A stretch of DNA of 16,051 nt from a virus (Duplodnaviria; Heunggongvirae; Uroviricota; Caudoviricetes). Of the stretch, positions 1-7,714 are shown piece after piece; positions within the stretch are counted from its first letter, which is position 1, and each line of letters starts with the position of its first letter. The translations under genes and the position numbers were made by a program. The DNA lies in IMG/VR virus record IMGVR_UViG_2541047805_000003, positions 1-16,051 of that record; one strand, written 5' to 3'. Below the pieces are notes generated by a model. That model was not told the origin of the DNA. It ran no database searches and saw only the letters and a program-made list of their open reading frames with translations.

Positions 1-567
1 ATGCTTATTGGCTATGTACGCGTGTCAACAAATGACCAGAACACCGATTTGCAACGTAGTGCGCTGAACTGCGCGGGATGTGAGCGGATTTTTGAGGATA
101 AAATCAGTGGCACTAAGTCCGACAGACCGGGGCTGAAAAAACTGCTCAGGACACTATCGGCAGGAGACACGCTGGTTGTCTGGAAGCTGGACAGGTTGGG
201 GCGCAGTATGCGGCATCTTGTTACGCTGATAGAAGAGTTGCGCCAGCGTGGCGTGAATTTCCGAAGCCTGACTGACAGTATTGATACCAGCACCCCAATG
301 GGCCGTTTCTTTTTTCATGTCATGGGGGCCCTGGCTGAAATGGAACGCGAACTGATAGTTGAACGTACCAGGGCGGGGCTGGCTGCAGCTCGTGCTAAAG
401 GCAGAGTAGGTGGACGCCGTCCTAAGTTGACCACCGAACAGTGGGCACAGATTGGACGTTTACTCGAGGCCGGAGAATCAAGACAGCGTATTGCACTGAT
501 TTTTGATGTGGGTGTTTCCACAATTTATAGAAAATTTCCGGCAAATAAGAGCAATGAATCCCCCTGA
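1..567 (+). CDS. Serine recombinase, DNA invertase of the Gin/Pin/Cin/Hin family
   Basis: 188 aa. N-terminus MLIGYVRVSTNDQNTDLQ with the catalytic serine context, VVWKLDRLGRS, and a C-terminal HTH (GRRPKLT...STIYRK); near-collinear with Mu Gin / e14 Pin as remembered. Lies directly upstream of a tail gene, as expected for a tail-fibre inversion module. Confidence 0.93.
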   Translation: MLIGYVRVSTNDQNTDLQRSALNCAGCERIFEDKISGTKSDRPGLKKLLRTLSAGDTLVVWKLDRLGRSMRHLVTLIEELRQRGVNFRSLTDSIDTSTPMGRFFFHVMGALAEMERELIVERTRAGLAAARAKGRVGGRRPKLTTEQWAQIGRLLEAGESRQRIALIFDVGVSTIYRKFPANKSNESP

Positions 568-615
568 ATCAGCATTATGTTGATTATCCCTGCAAGCAGA
601 CAAATACCGTCATTT

Positions 616-633
616 TGTATGAATAACGGTACA
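616..633 (+). promoter_or_regulatory. TGT-N12-ACA dyad, candidate Ogr/Delta-type late promoter activator site upstream of the FI fragment
   Basis: tgt(616-618)-N12-aca(631-633), about 80 bp upstream of the FI ATG at 710. P2-family late promoters carry this dyad centred near -55. No convincing -10 element was identified. Confidence 0.3.
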
Positions 634-709
634 ACTGCGCTTAGCTGTTTGTCAGGCACAATCACTTCAACATAGGGCGAAGCCTAATCCAATCAGGAGG
701 TTCGCCACT

Positions 710-1320
710 ATGGCTCAGGATTACCACCACGGGGTGCGCGTTGTTGAAGTCAACGAAGGCACCCGATCCATTACCACGGTGAGCACCGCCATCGTGGGTA
801 TGGTCTGCACGGGCGATGATGCCGATGCAAAAATGTTTCCTCTTAATAAACCCGTGCTGATCACTGATGTGCTGACTGCCAGCGGTAAAGCGGGTGAGTC
901 CGGCACGCTGGCCCGTTCGCTGGATGCCATCGCTGACCAGGCAAAACCCGTGACCGTTGTTGTGCGTGTGCCGCAGGGTGAAACGGAAGAAGAAACCACG
1001 ACCAATATCATCGGCGCAGTGACTGCTGAAGGTAAAAAAACAGGCATGAAAGCCCTGTTATCTGCCCAGACACAGCTCGGCGTTAAACCGCGCATTCTCG
1101 GCGTGCCAGGTCACGATAACAAAGCCGTTGCTACTGAGTTGCTGAGTGTGGCGCAAAGCCTGCGTGGGTTTGCTTACCTGTCAGCGTATGGCTGCAAGAC
1201 GGTGCAGGAGGCGATCACTTACCGTGAAAACTTCAGCCAGCGCGAAGGAATGCTGATCTGGCCCGACTTTACTGGCTGGGACACGGTGCTGAATGCCGAA
1301 GCAACGGCATATACCGAAAT
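710..1320 (+). pseudogene. Tail sheath protein (P2 FI-like), N-terminal fragment only
   Basis: The first ~200 aa (MAQDYHHGVRVVEVNEGTRSITTVSTAIVGMVCT...NFSQREGMLIWPDF) look like a contractile tail sheath N-terminus. After about nt 1320 the frame continues to 1468 without sheath-like sequence. Strong RBS aggagg at 695-700. A full P2 FI is about 396 aa. Confidence 0.75.
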
Positions 1321-2312
1321 TCCAGGAGCTGCGCAAAGTGGCTTCCGGTATGGCTATTCACAAGAAATGGCGACAGACCTATTTTTCCACGCCATCCAGT
1401 CTGACACACAGTGCTTATCCGTTCTGGTCCGGTGCGCTGTTCAACCGTGGGCGCAACAGAGCCGATAAGGTGGACATCGACCTGTCCCACAGCAATCTGG
1501 CCCCCGGCCTGCTGTGCGCAGACGGGCAATACCGCCAGATAGTCACCGTGGAAGATGCGGTGCGCGGCGGCTGTAACCTGTTCGACCTTGACCAGTTGCG
1601 CATGGAGTACAGCCCTGACGAATACCAGAACTTGCTGATGTGCGAGTTCGTGGACGATCTCGCGTCCGTGTTCCCGCTCAGCGAATTGCAGGCGTGCATG
1701 GTGGACAGCTGGGAAGTCTGGACCGACTTTCATGCACTGGCCCTGCGCCCGTTTGGCTGGCGCGAAGTGTGGATCGGTTATGACCCGGCAAAAGGTACGC
1801 AGAACGGCGACAGCGCCGGATGCGTGGTGGTGGCACCGCCAGCCGTGCCAGGCGGTAAGTTCCGCATTCTTGAGCGTCACCAGTGGCGCGGAATGGACTT
1901 TCGCGCCCAGGCTGACGCCATCAAAAAACTGACCGAACAGTACAACGTGACCTATATCGGCATCGACTCAACCGGCGTTGGTCACGGGGTTTACGAGAAC
2001 GTGAAAGCGTTTTTTCCTGCCGTCCGGGAGTTTGTCTACAACCCCAACGTTAAAAACGCCCTGGTACTCAAGGCCTACGACATTATCAGCCACCGCCGTC
2101 TTGAGTTTGACGCCGGGCACACCGACATTGCGCAGTCATTCATGGCAATCCGTCGCGCCACCACCGCCAGCGGCAACCGCCCGACCTATGAAGCCAGCCG
2201 CAGCGAAGAAGCCAGCCATGCCGATCTGGCCTGGGCAACAATGCACGCACTGTTTAACGAACCACTGCAGGGCGAGTCCGCCAATACCAGCAATATTGTG
2301 GAGATTTTTTGA
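1293..2312 (+). pseudogene. Terminase large subunit (P2 gpP-like), C-terminal fragment only
   Basis: The translation from about nt 1326 onward (KKWRQTYFSTPSSLTHSAYPFWSG...SRSEEASHADLAWATMHALFNEPL) resembles the C-terminal nuclease half of a P2-type terminase ATPase subunit. The N-terminal ATPase half is absent and the 5' boundary abuts the FI fragment. The TGA stop overlaps the portal ATG (TGATG). Confidence 0.75.
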
Positions 2313-3337
2313 TGGGAAAGAGTAAGAAGAACCGCGCTGCGGCGACGAAACAGATCCAGCATAAAAACCAGACTTCAGCCGAAGCATTCAGCTTCGGTGA
2401 TCCCGTTCCTGTTCTGGACCGCCGCGAACTGCTGGACTATGTGGAATGCGTACAGATGGACCGTTGGTATGAGCCACCAGTGAGTTTCGACGGCCTGGCG
2501 CGAACCTTCCGTGCCGCCGTACACCACAGCTCACCGATTGCAGTAAAGTGCAACATTCTGACCAGCACCTATATCCCTCACCCGTTGCTCAGCCAGCAGG
2601 CTTTTTCACGTTTTGTGCAGGACTATCTGGTATTTGGTAATGCCTACCTGGAGAAACGCACGAACCGCTTCGGTGAAGTTATCGCCCTTGAACCTGCCCT
2701 GGCAAAATACACTCGACGCGGATTAGACCTGGATACCTACTGGTTTGTGCAATACGGTATGGCAACCCAGCCGTATCAGTTCACGAAAGGCAGCATCTTT
2801 CATCTGATGGAACCGGATATTAATCAGGAGATCTACGGCCTGCCTGGCTATCTTTCTGCTATTCCATCCGCTCTGCTCAACGAGTCCGCCACGCTGTTCC
2901 GCCGGAAGTATTACATTAACGGCAGTCATGCAGGCTTCATCATGTACATGACCGATGCCGCGCAAAACCAGGAGGATGTGAACAACCTCCGCAACGCAAT
3001 GAAAAGCGCCAAAGGACCGGGTAACTTCCGCAACCTGTTTATGTACTCGCCTAACGGCAAAAAGGATGGGCTTCAGATCATTCCTCTGTCAGAAGTCGCG
3101 GCGAAGGATGAGTTTCTGAATATCAAAAATGTCAGCCGCGATGACATGATGGCAGCACATCGCGTACCGCCGCAAATGATGGGGATTATGCCTAGCAATG
3201 TCGGGGGGTTTGGGGATGTAGAGAAAGCTAGTAAGGTATTTGTGCGGAATGAGCTTTTACCTTTGCAAAAATTGATGCAAGCGCTTAATTGTTGGCTAGA
3301 TGAAAATATAATTACATTTAATAAATATATTTTGTAG
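2312..3337 (+). CDS. Portal protein (P2 gpQ-like)
   Basis: 341 aa from the ATG at 2312 (the ORF track starts at the TTG at 2309). Length and sequence character fit a P2 Q portal (about 344 aa). Follows the terminase gene on the same strand with a stop/start overlap. Confidence 0.88.
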   Translation: MGKSKKNRAAATKQIQHKNQTSAEAFSFGDPVPVLDRRELLDYVECVQMDRWYEPPVSFDGLARTFRAAVHHSSPIAVKCNILTSTYIPHPLLSQQAFSRFVQDYLVFGNAYLEKRTNRFGEVIALEPALAKYTRRGLDLDTYWFVQYGMATQPYQFTKGSIFHLMEPDINQEIYGLPGYLSAIPSALLNESATLFRRKYYINGSHAGFIMYMTDAAQNQEDVNNLRNAMKSAKGPGNFRNLFMYSPNGKKDGLQIIPLSEVAAKDEFLNIKNVSRDDMMAAHRVPPQMMGIMPSNVGGFGDVEKASKVFVRNELLPLQKLMQALNCWLDENIITFNKYIL

Positions 3338-3351
3338 TTCCTGTTTATAAT

Positions 3352-3373
3352 TAACGCCTGCCTGAGCAGGCGT
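3352..3373. terminator. Hairpin between the convergent portal gene and the DUF262 gene, probable bidirectional terminator
   Basis: aacgcctgc (3352-3360), loop ctga, gcaggcgtt (3365-3373): 9-bp perfect stem. Followed by ctttcattt on the + strand and by an A/T-rich run on the - strand. Confidence 0.5.
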
Positions 3374-3377
3374 TCTT

Positions 3378-5159
3378 TCATTTAAAACGTGTTGCAATAT
3401 CTGCTGCTTCGATAACTGTTGCTTTTACGGTATTATCGCCAGCACGATAATAAATATCCCCATCATAACTAGAATAAGATGCTAGAAGTGGAATTGTAAT
3501 AACTATAACTCCATAACCATAAAAGTCATTATAGTCAATCAAACTCACCACTTGTGATTTAAGAGGCTCACTCAAAGCAGATTTTTTCAACTCATCGCAA
3601 AAACGTCTATAATATTCTTCCATTGATATGCCGAGTTTAATAGCTTCTCTTTTAACACCAACAACACTTCTCTCACCAACTACATGTGCATCTATATCAT
3701 CAAGCTCTTTTACTCTACTTGTATCACTTGGTTTATCTGTTACACCAAGCAATAACTTACCAACTACACCGTTCTTGTTACCTTTACCGATGTTAGCAAT
3801 AGCACAAATTGTGGAGAATATTTTCTCATGAATGCCATCATCAATAGTTCGCTCTCCGCCTAACATCAACAAACCCTGTTTCAGTTCATAATTTGCAAGC
3901 TCTATTTCAGATCTTCGTAAAATATCCTCAATATCCACCGTATTGTGAGAATTATAGATATGACTGCTATCGGCGCTATCAATAAAGTTATCTTTAATCA
4001 AGCCTATGATAGAATTAATATTCTTTCTTCTCTCTTCCCCACCAGTAGCAGATCTTTTAGTATCTAGTCGAGTGACTATATTATTAAGATTGTCTTTTAC
4101 ACCTTTATAATTATTAATCTTCTTATTTTCTTTAATGAGTAATTCATGAAAAGCAATAAATAACACAGCAAATATGGCTGGGAAAGCATTTGTAGTACGT
4201 TTAGTAAAGATTAAATCCCTGAGTTTAATTTCACCGTCACTATTACATACTTTTGTTATTTCCTGGATGCAGAATTTAAACTCTTCTGCAAATTTTCCTT
4301 CACCATAAACATTAATAGCAGAGCTAATACGACTATACTCTTCATCTTCATTATTATAAATCTGATCAAGCGCATCTTTGGAACGATCTATTAACTTACC
4401 TCCAACAATACAAGCTGCTATATCTGCAATGCATTGCTCATCCATACTGTCACGAAGGTCTGTTGAACGTAAGATCCCATGTTTTACCCAAAATACTTCT
4501 TCCGACTGAATTTGGTAACCATGTTTAGTTAGTGGCAAATCAATGCTAATAGACGGCATTTGCTCTAAAAGCAATATGTCGTCAGATACATCCCCCCTGA
4601 TAGAACAGGCAATATCCCTAACCATATTTGAAAATTTATTTTGTATACCAGCCTGGCGCCTTTCTTGATCACTAAGTCTATGCCCGTATGTATTAATTCT
4701 ATCAAAAACATCATTTATTTCGTTCTCAGTCGCATTACGCATAATGGACATTGCAAGAGAATAATCCAATAACTGAGTAACCTCACGCTGACTTAAAAGA
4801 TTATCAGCTTTCACTGCAACAAACTTACCTTCATCCGCTCGATTTTTCGCTGTGGGAAAAGCGTCCAGATTAAAACGTTTTCCATCAAGTGATTCATATC
4901 CTGTTTCGATGAAAGACATTATTGCATGTAATCTTTGTAGGCCATCAATTATTTCATATGTGCCAGGATCATTTTCCCTTTCCGCGAGAAGAACTGCAGG
5001 AATTGGATATTTTTTTTGAATGGATTCAATTAATTTTTGTTTCTCTATTGCAGTCCAAACTAATTTTCGTTGATAACGTCTATTAACAAATATCTTACCT
5101 TCAGTAAACCATGAATAAATAGTTTGTATAGAAGTTGTTTGCGGTAATAGTTCAGCCAT
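3378..5159 (-). CDS. DUF262 (ParB/GmrS-like NTP-binding) domain protein with an uncharacterised C-terminal half; candidate defence protein
   Basis: 593 aa, ATG with AAGGAA about 9 nt upstream. N-terminus has the DUF262 hallmarks YQRKLVW and IIDGLQRL (DGQQR-like). No DUF1524/His-Me finger motif seen in the C-terminal ~350 aa. Coding sequence is markedly AT-rich compared with the flanking phage genes. Confidence 0.75.
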   Translation of the reverse strand: MAELLPQTTSIQTIYSWFTEGKIFVNRRYQRKLVWTAIEKQKLIESIQKKYPIPAVLLAERENDPGTYEIIDGLQRLHAIMSFIETGYESLDGKRFNLDAFPTAKNRADEGKFVAVKADNLLSQREVTQLLDYSLAMSIMRNATENEINDVFDRINTYGHRLSDQERRQAGIQNKFSNMVRDIACSIRGDVSDDILLLEQMPSISIDLPLTKHGYQIQSEEVFWVKHGILRSTDLRDSMDEQCIADIAACIVGGKLIDRSKDALDQIYNNEDEEYSRISSAINVYGEGKFAEEFKFCIQEITKVCNSDGEIKLRDLIFTKRTTNAFPAIFAVLFIAFHELLIKENKKINNYKGVKDNLNNIVTRLDTKRSATGGEERRKNINSIIGLIKDNFIDSADSSHIYNSHNTVDIEDILRRSEIELANYELKQGLLMLGGERTIDDGIHEKIFSTICAIANIGKGNKNGVVGKLLLGVTDKPSDTSRVKELDDIDAHVVGERSVVGVKREAIKLGISMEEYYRRFCDELKKSALSEPLKSQVVSLIDYNDFYGYGVIVITIPLLASYSSYDGDIYYRAGDNTVKATVIEAADIATRFK

Positions 5160-5293
5160 GAAACAAATTCCTTCTTCTGGATAGAATTTTATAATATAGA
5201 AACTGAAAAGGTTAAGTTACCATCAAAAATGATGATAGCAACAAAAAGATACCATTTTGTAATTTTTTGTTCAGATTTTCATATCAGAGCGCG

Positions 5294-5312
5294 CTCGTAT
5301 CCCCGCCACGCC
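5294..5312. other. cos-like sequence (186/P2-type cohesive-end motif)
   Basis: The minus strand reads GGCGTGGCGGGGATACGAG; the first 13 nt match the 186 cohesive end (GGCGTGGCGGGGA...) as I remember it. It lies in a short GC-rich islet inside otherwise AT-rich cargo, between replication gene A and portal Q, where P2-family cos is expected. Confidence 0.4.
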
Positions 5313-5361
5313 TGCCCGCTTTATGTAGTGGTTTTCATGCAGGTGCATGACATAAGCAAAA

Positions 5362-5381
5362 GCCCGCCAGTTCTGGCGGGC
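5362..5381 (-). terminator. Candidate intrinsic terminator downstream of the two-gene operon
   Basis: gcccgcc (5362-5368), loop agttct, ggcgggc (5375-5381), followed on the minus strand by TTTTGCTTATG. Lies 146 nt downstream of the membrane-protein gene and upstream of the DUF262 gene promoter region. Confidence 0.45.
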
Positions 5382-5526
5382 CTCAGCAAAAACGATCCTA
5401 AAACGATCATGCGGATTCATGCAGCATAGACATGCAAAGCTTGTTAGAACGGTGATTCCCATGTTAAAGGAGGCTTACTCTTGTTGAGGTTAAACATCCA
5501 CAGTAACTCCTGCCAATACGAACACT

Positions 5527-6063
5527 TTATTCATCATAGTGTTCTAATTTCGCTTTTGCTAAACGTCCATGTAAGTGATTAACAAAATGTAAATTACTCA
5601 AAATCAGGCTCATAACGCATTTTAATTGCATCCAGCTAATAAAGTAAATGAAGAAAATACCAATGTATTTAAACAAGTCTTTATTAGCTTGATAAACAGG
5701 TAATGCATAAAACACTGCCTTAACCAAAAAGAAAATTAGAATCCCAGCCATAACACAAGCAGATGTGATTATTGTATAAACTAATTTCTCTATTCTTGGT
5801 GAGTCATGCTCATTTTTTATATAACTTACATCATCCTTAACAATACTATTCATTGCATTCGGATATAAAAAACCGACCCATAAACCGACAATAGTGAATA
5901 TAGATGCTGAAATATTTATAAGCGCACCTAAAATATCTTTTGCATCATTATAGGAAAAACTTTTGAACGAAAAATAGCTTATAACGCAGCACAAAACAAC
6001 AGCAACAAAATTAATCGCCTGCTGTTTTGCAACTGTTATTATCAAACCTTCCGTTTCTGTCAT
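5527..6063 (-). CDS. Small multi-pass membrane protein (about 4 predicted TM helices); candidate effector
   Basis: 178 aa. Hydrophobic stretches INFVAVVLCCVISYFSF, ILGALINISASIFTIVGLWVGFLY, LVYTIITSACVMAGILIFFLV and YIGIFFIYFISWMQLKCVMSLILS. ATG at 6063 sits 1 nt after the upstream stop (TGATATG on the minus strand) with a GGAAGG SD inside the upstream gene. AT-rich. Confidence 0.75.
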   Translation of the reverse strand: MTETEGLIITVAKQQAINFVAVVLCCVISYFSFKSFSYNDAKDILGALINISASIFTIVGLWVGFLYPNAMNSIVKDDVSYIKNEHDSPRIEKLVYTIITSACVMAGILIFFLVKAVFYALPVYQANKDLFKYIGIFFIYFISWMQLKCVMSLILSNLHFVNHLHGRLAKAKLEHYDE

Positions 6064-6064
6064 A

Positions 6065-7264
6065 TCAACCTTCCGCTATCTTTTTTGTGGATGCAGCTTC
6101 AGATTCTTTAATGGATGCTTCCTCAGCATATTTTACTTCACTAATCAAATCATCACGAATTTTGTTTATTTCATCCAGTAAAAAACGCGCTGAATAATGC
6201 TCAAACCCATCCGAATCTTGAAGAGGAAGTTTAGTCCTGGCTACATAGCTACTGAGCCAAACCGGATTAGCACGATCAGCCAGTAAAAAACCCACATCCC
6301 ATTCAGACTCTTCACCTCTCATTGAGAAGAGATTTCGAAGCTCATCCGATGATGGTGCACCGTCAATTTTAACTTCAATTTTACGAGGCTGCTCCAAAAC
6401 AGGAGGTGCCCCAATAAGCTTATTACGCTTTTCTTCACCCACCAGAGATGCTAAAGCTACACTTGTTAGCTTCAACAATGGTTGCCTTGTGTCATTTTGG
6501 TTTATTACCGTTGTATCCTTTATCAATGTGTGTGTAATTTTATGCCTTAACCTTTCAAAGTTTTCCTCAGCGGCTTTAAGTTTTGTTTCTTCCAATACAA
6601 ACTTGAAGATACAGTTTATCTCATTTTTGCCATCTTTATATTGAAACTTAGTATTGTAGACATCCACACAACGACCAGGGGTCTTAGCTGATTCAAATGT
6701 ACGCTTAGATTTCGTTCTTTTACCTAACTTACTATTATTATTTACATGCTGAATGAAGTATTGTGCGAAGAGATAAGTATCAGCGAAAGAATGGGGGAAT
6801 CTGATTGATGCTATTTTATTCAACTCAGGAATAATCCAGTAATAGCAGGGTTCACCCCAAATTATTTTATCCTCACCATGTTCTCTTCCCGCCCTAATGG
6901 TTCCTTTACTATCACCACTTACTTTAGAACCGACCTTAATACCATGTATTCCGTTACCGTTCCCCACTTCACGGTATAAAACAATTACTGCATCTTTAGT
7001 CTGGCTGTCCCTCACAAGGCCTCGACTGTAAACTCGTGTTCGCAGAGGTTGTTCTTCTTTATTCCATGGGAGAGTCTGCTCAAAATTTTTATCCTTGAGC
7101 CACCCTTCTAAATCGTCCAAAACCCCCATAAGATCGCCGAATTTATAATCAAGCTCTTCGGGTTTATTCTTTAAACGATAAAACCCACAAGCAGTAATAT
7201 CAAAGAAGGTGATTGAGCCGTTGTCCACTAAAACTCCTTTTTGCCAAAGCAACACACGATACAT
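6065..7264 (-). CDS. Hypothetical 399-aa soluble protein, no recognisable family; first gene of a two-gene operon with the membrane protein
   Basis: Long AT-rich ORF with an ATG start and a weak SD. Translationally coupled to the downstream membrane-protein gene. One R-x4-H match (RHKITH) is the only motif noticed, and that is weak. Confidence 0.7.
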   Translation of the reverse strand: MYRVLLWQKGVLVDNGSITFFDITACGFYRLKNKPEELDYKFGDLMGVLDDLEGWLKDKNFEQTLPWNKEEQPLRTRVYSRGLVRDSQTKDAVIVLYREVGNGNGIHGIKVGSKVSGDSKGTIRAGREHGEDKIIWGEPCYYWIIPELNKIASIRFPHSFADTYLFAQYFIQHVNNNSKLGKRTKSKRTFESAKTPGRCVDVYNTKFQYKDGKNEINCIFKFVLEETKLKAAEENFERLRHKITHTLIKDTTVINQNDTRQPLLKLTSVALASLVGEEKRNKLIGAPPVLEQPRKIEVKIDGAPSSDELRNLFSMRGEESEWDVGFLLADRANPVWLSSYVARTKLPLQDSDGFEHYSARFLLDEINKIRDDLISEVKYAEEASIKESEAASTKKIAEG

Positions 7265-7429
7265 TTTTCACGTATACCATCAGAATCGTCCCTAAACTTC
7301 AAGTTACTTATGATAATCAAGAAAGCTGTCGAATGTTGTTGCATAGGCCAAAGTTTCAGGGGAACAAGGCATTCTTAAATCACTTTTCACTACCCGTTTC
7401 TAACGCCTCACGCGGCTCGTTGTTCAACC

Positions 7430-7464
7430 TTGCGGACGATAAAAACCAGTTTTATCGTCCGCAA
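7430..7464. repeat. Perfect 15-bp inverted repeat with a 5-nt loop
   Basis: ttgcggacgataaaa (7430-7444), accag, ttttatcgtccgcaa (7450-7464). Lies immediately 3' of the DinI-like gene and in the upstream region of the 399-aa gene. No U-tract follows on either strand. Confidence 0.6.
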
Positions 7465-7470
7465 CGTTCG

Positions 7471-7704
7471 CTAGTGTAACCAGCTGTCGTCCTCCCAGAC
7501 CTTCTGCATAATTTTCATCACTTGTTTTCTTTCTTCGTCCAGTTGCAGTCCGGTCAGTTCCACACCGTTAGAGCTACCTTTGCGGATACGAATTACCGTT
7601 TTGGGATACAGGGGGCGCAGATTGCGGTAAAGCTCGGATTCAAGGGCGTCCAGTGTAGACTGGCTAATCTTCTGCTCTTTATCGATCATTATTTCAATGC
7701 GCAT
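7471..7704 (-). CDS. DinI-like protein (DNA-damage-inducible protein I family; 186 Tum C-terminal-like)
   Basis: 77 aa from the ATG at 7704 (GAGGTG SD). MRIEIMIDKE...LDALESEL...VWEDDSWL aligns along its length with E. coli DinI (MRIEVTIAK...IDALAGEL...TWESADDWF) as remembered. Confidence 0.75.
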   Translation of the reverse strand: MRIEIMIDKEQKISQSTLDALESELYRNLRPLYPKTVIRIRKGSSNGVELTGLQLDEERKQVMKIMQKVWEDDSWLH

Positions 7705-7714
7705 AAAAGTCACC

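Noticed and set aside
721-1095. 124-aa minus-strand ORF
   Set aside because: Antisense overlap with the tail sheath fragment; low-complexity Ser/Thr/Val-rich translation.
710-1468. The 252-aa ORF taken as an intact gene
   Set aside because: Only the first ~200 aa look like tail sheath. The remainder is out-of-frame read-through into the terminase fragment, so it is called as a truncated fragment.
1269-1880. 203-aa minus-strand ORF
   Set aside because: Antisense to the well-supported terminase fragment, with no RBS or recognisable protein features; likely a frame artefact of GC-rich coding DNA.
3073-3381. 102-aa minus-strand ORF
   Set aside because: Almost entirely overlaps the portal gene on the opposite strand.
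3378-5159. Canonical GmrSD type IV restriction enzyme
   Set aside because: The DUF262 half is present but no DUF1524/His-Me finger motifs were seen in the C-terminal half, so only the DUF262 assignment is made.
5229-5462. Two small overlapping ORFs (66 aa on + and 63 aa on -)
   Set aside because: They span the cos-like motif and the terminator hairpin in a non-coding islet; no convincing RBS, and better explained as regulatory or packaging DNA.
3378-7264. Retron in the cargo slot (as in the Ec67 prophage)
   Set aside because: No reverse-transcriptase motif (YxDD) in any of the three cargo proteins, and no obvious msr/msd-like structured repeats.
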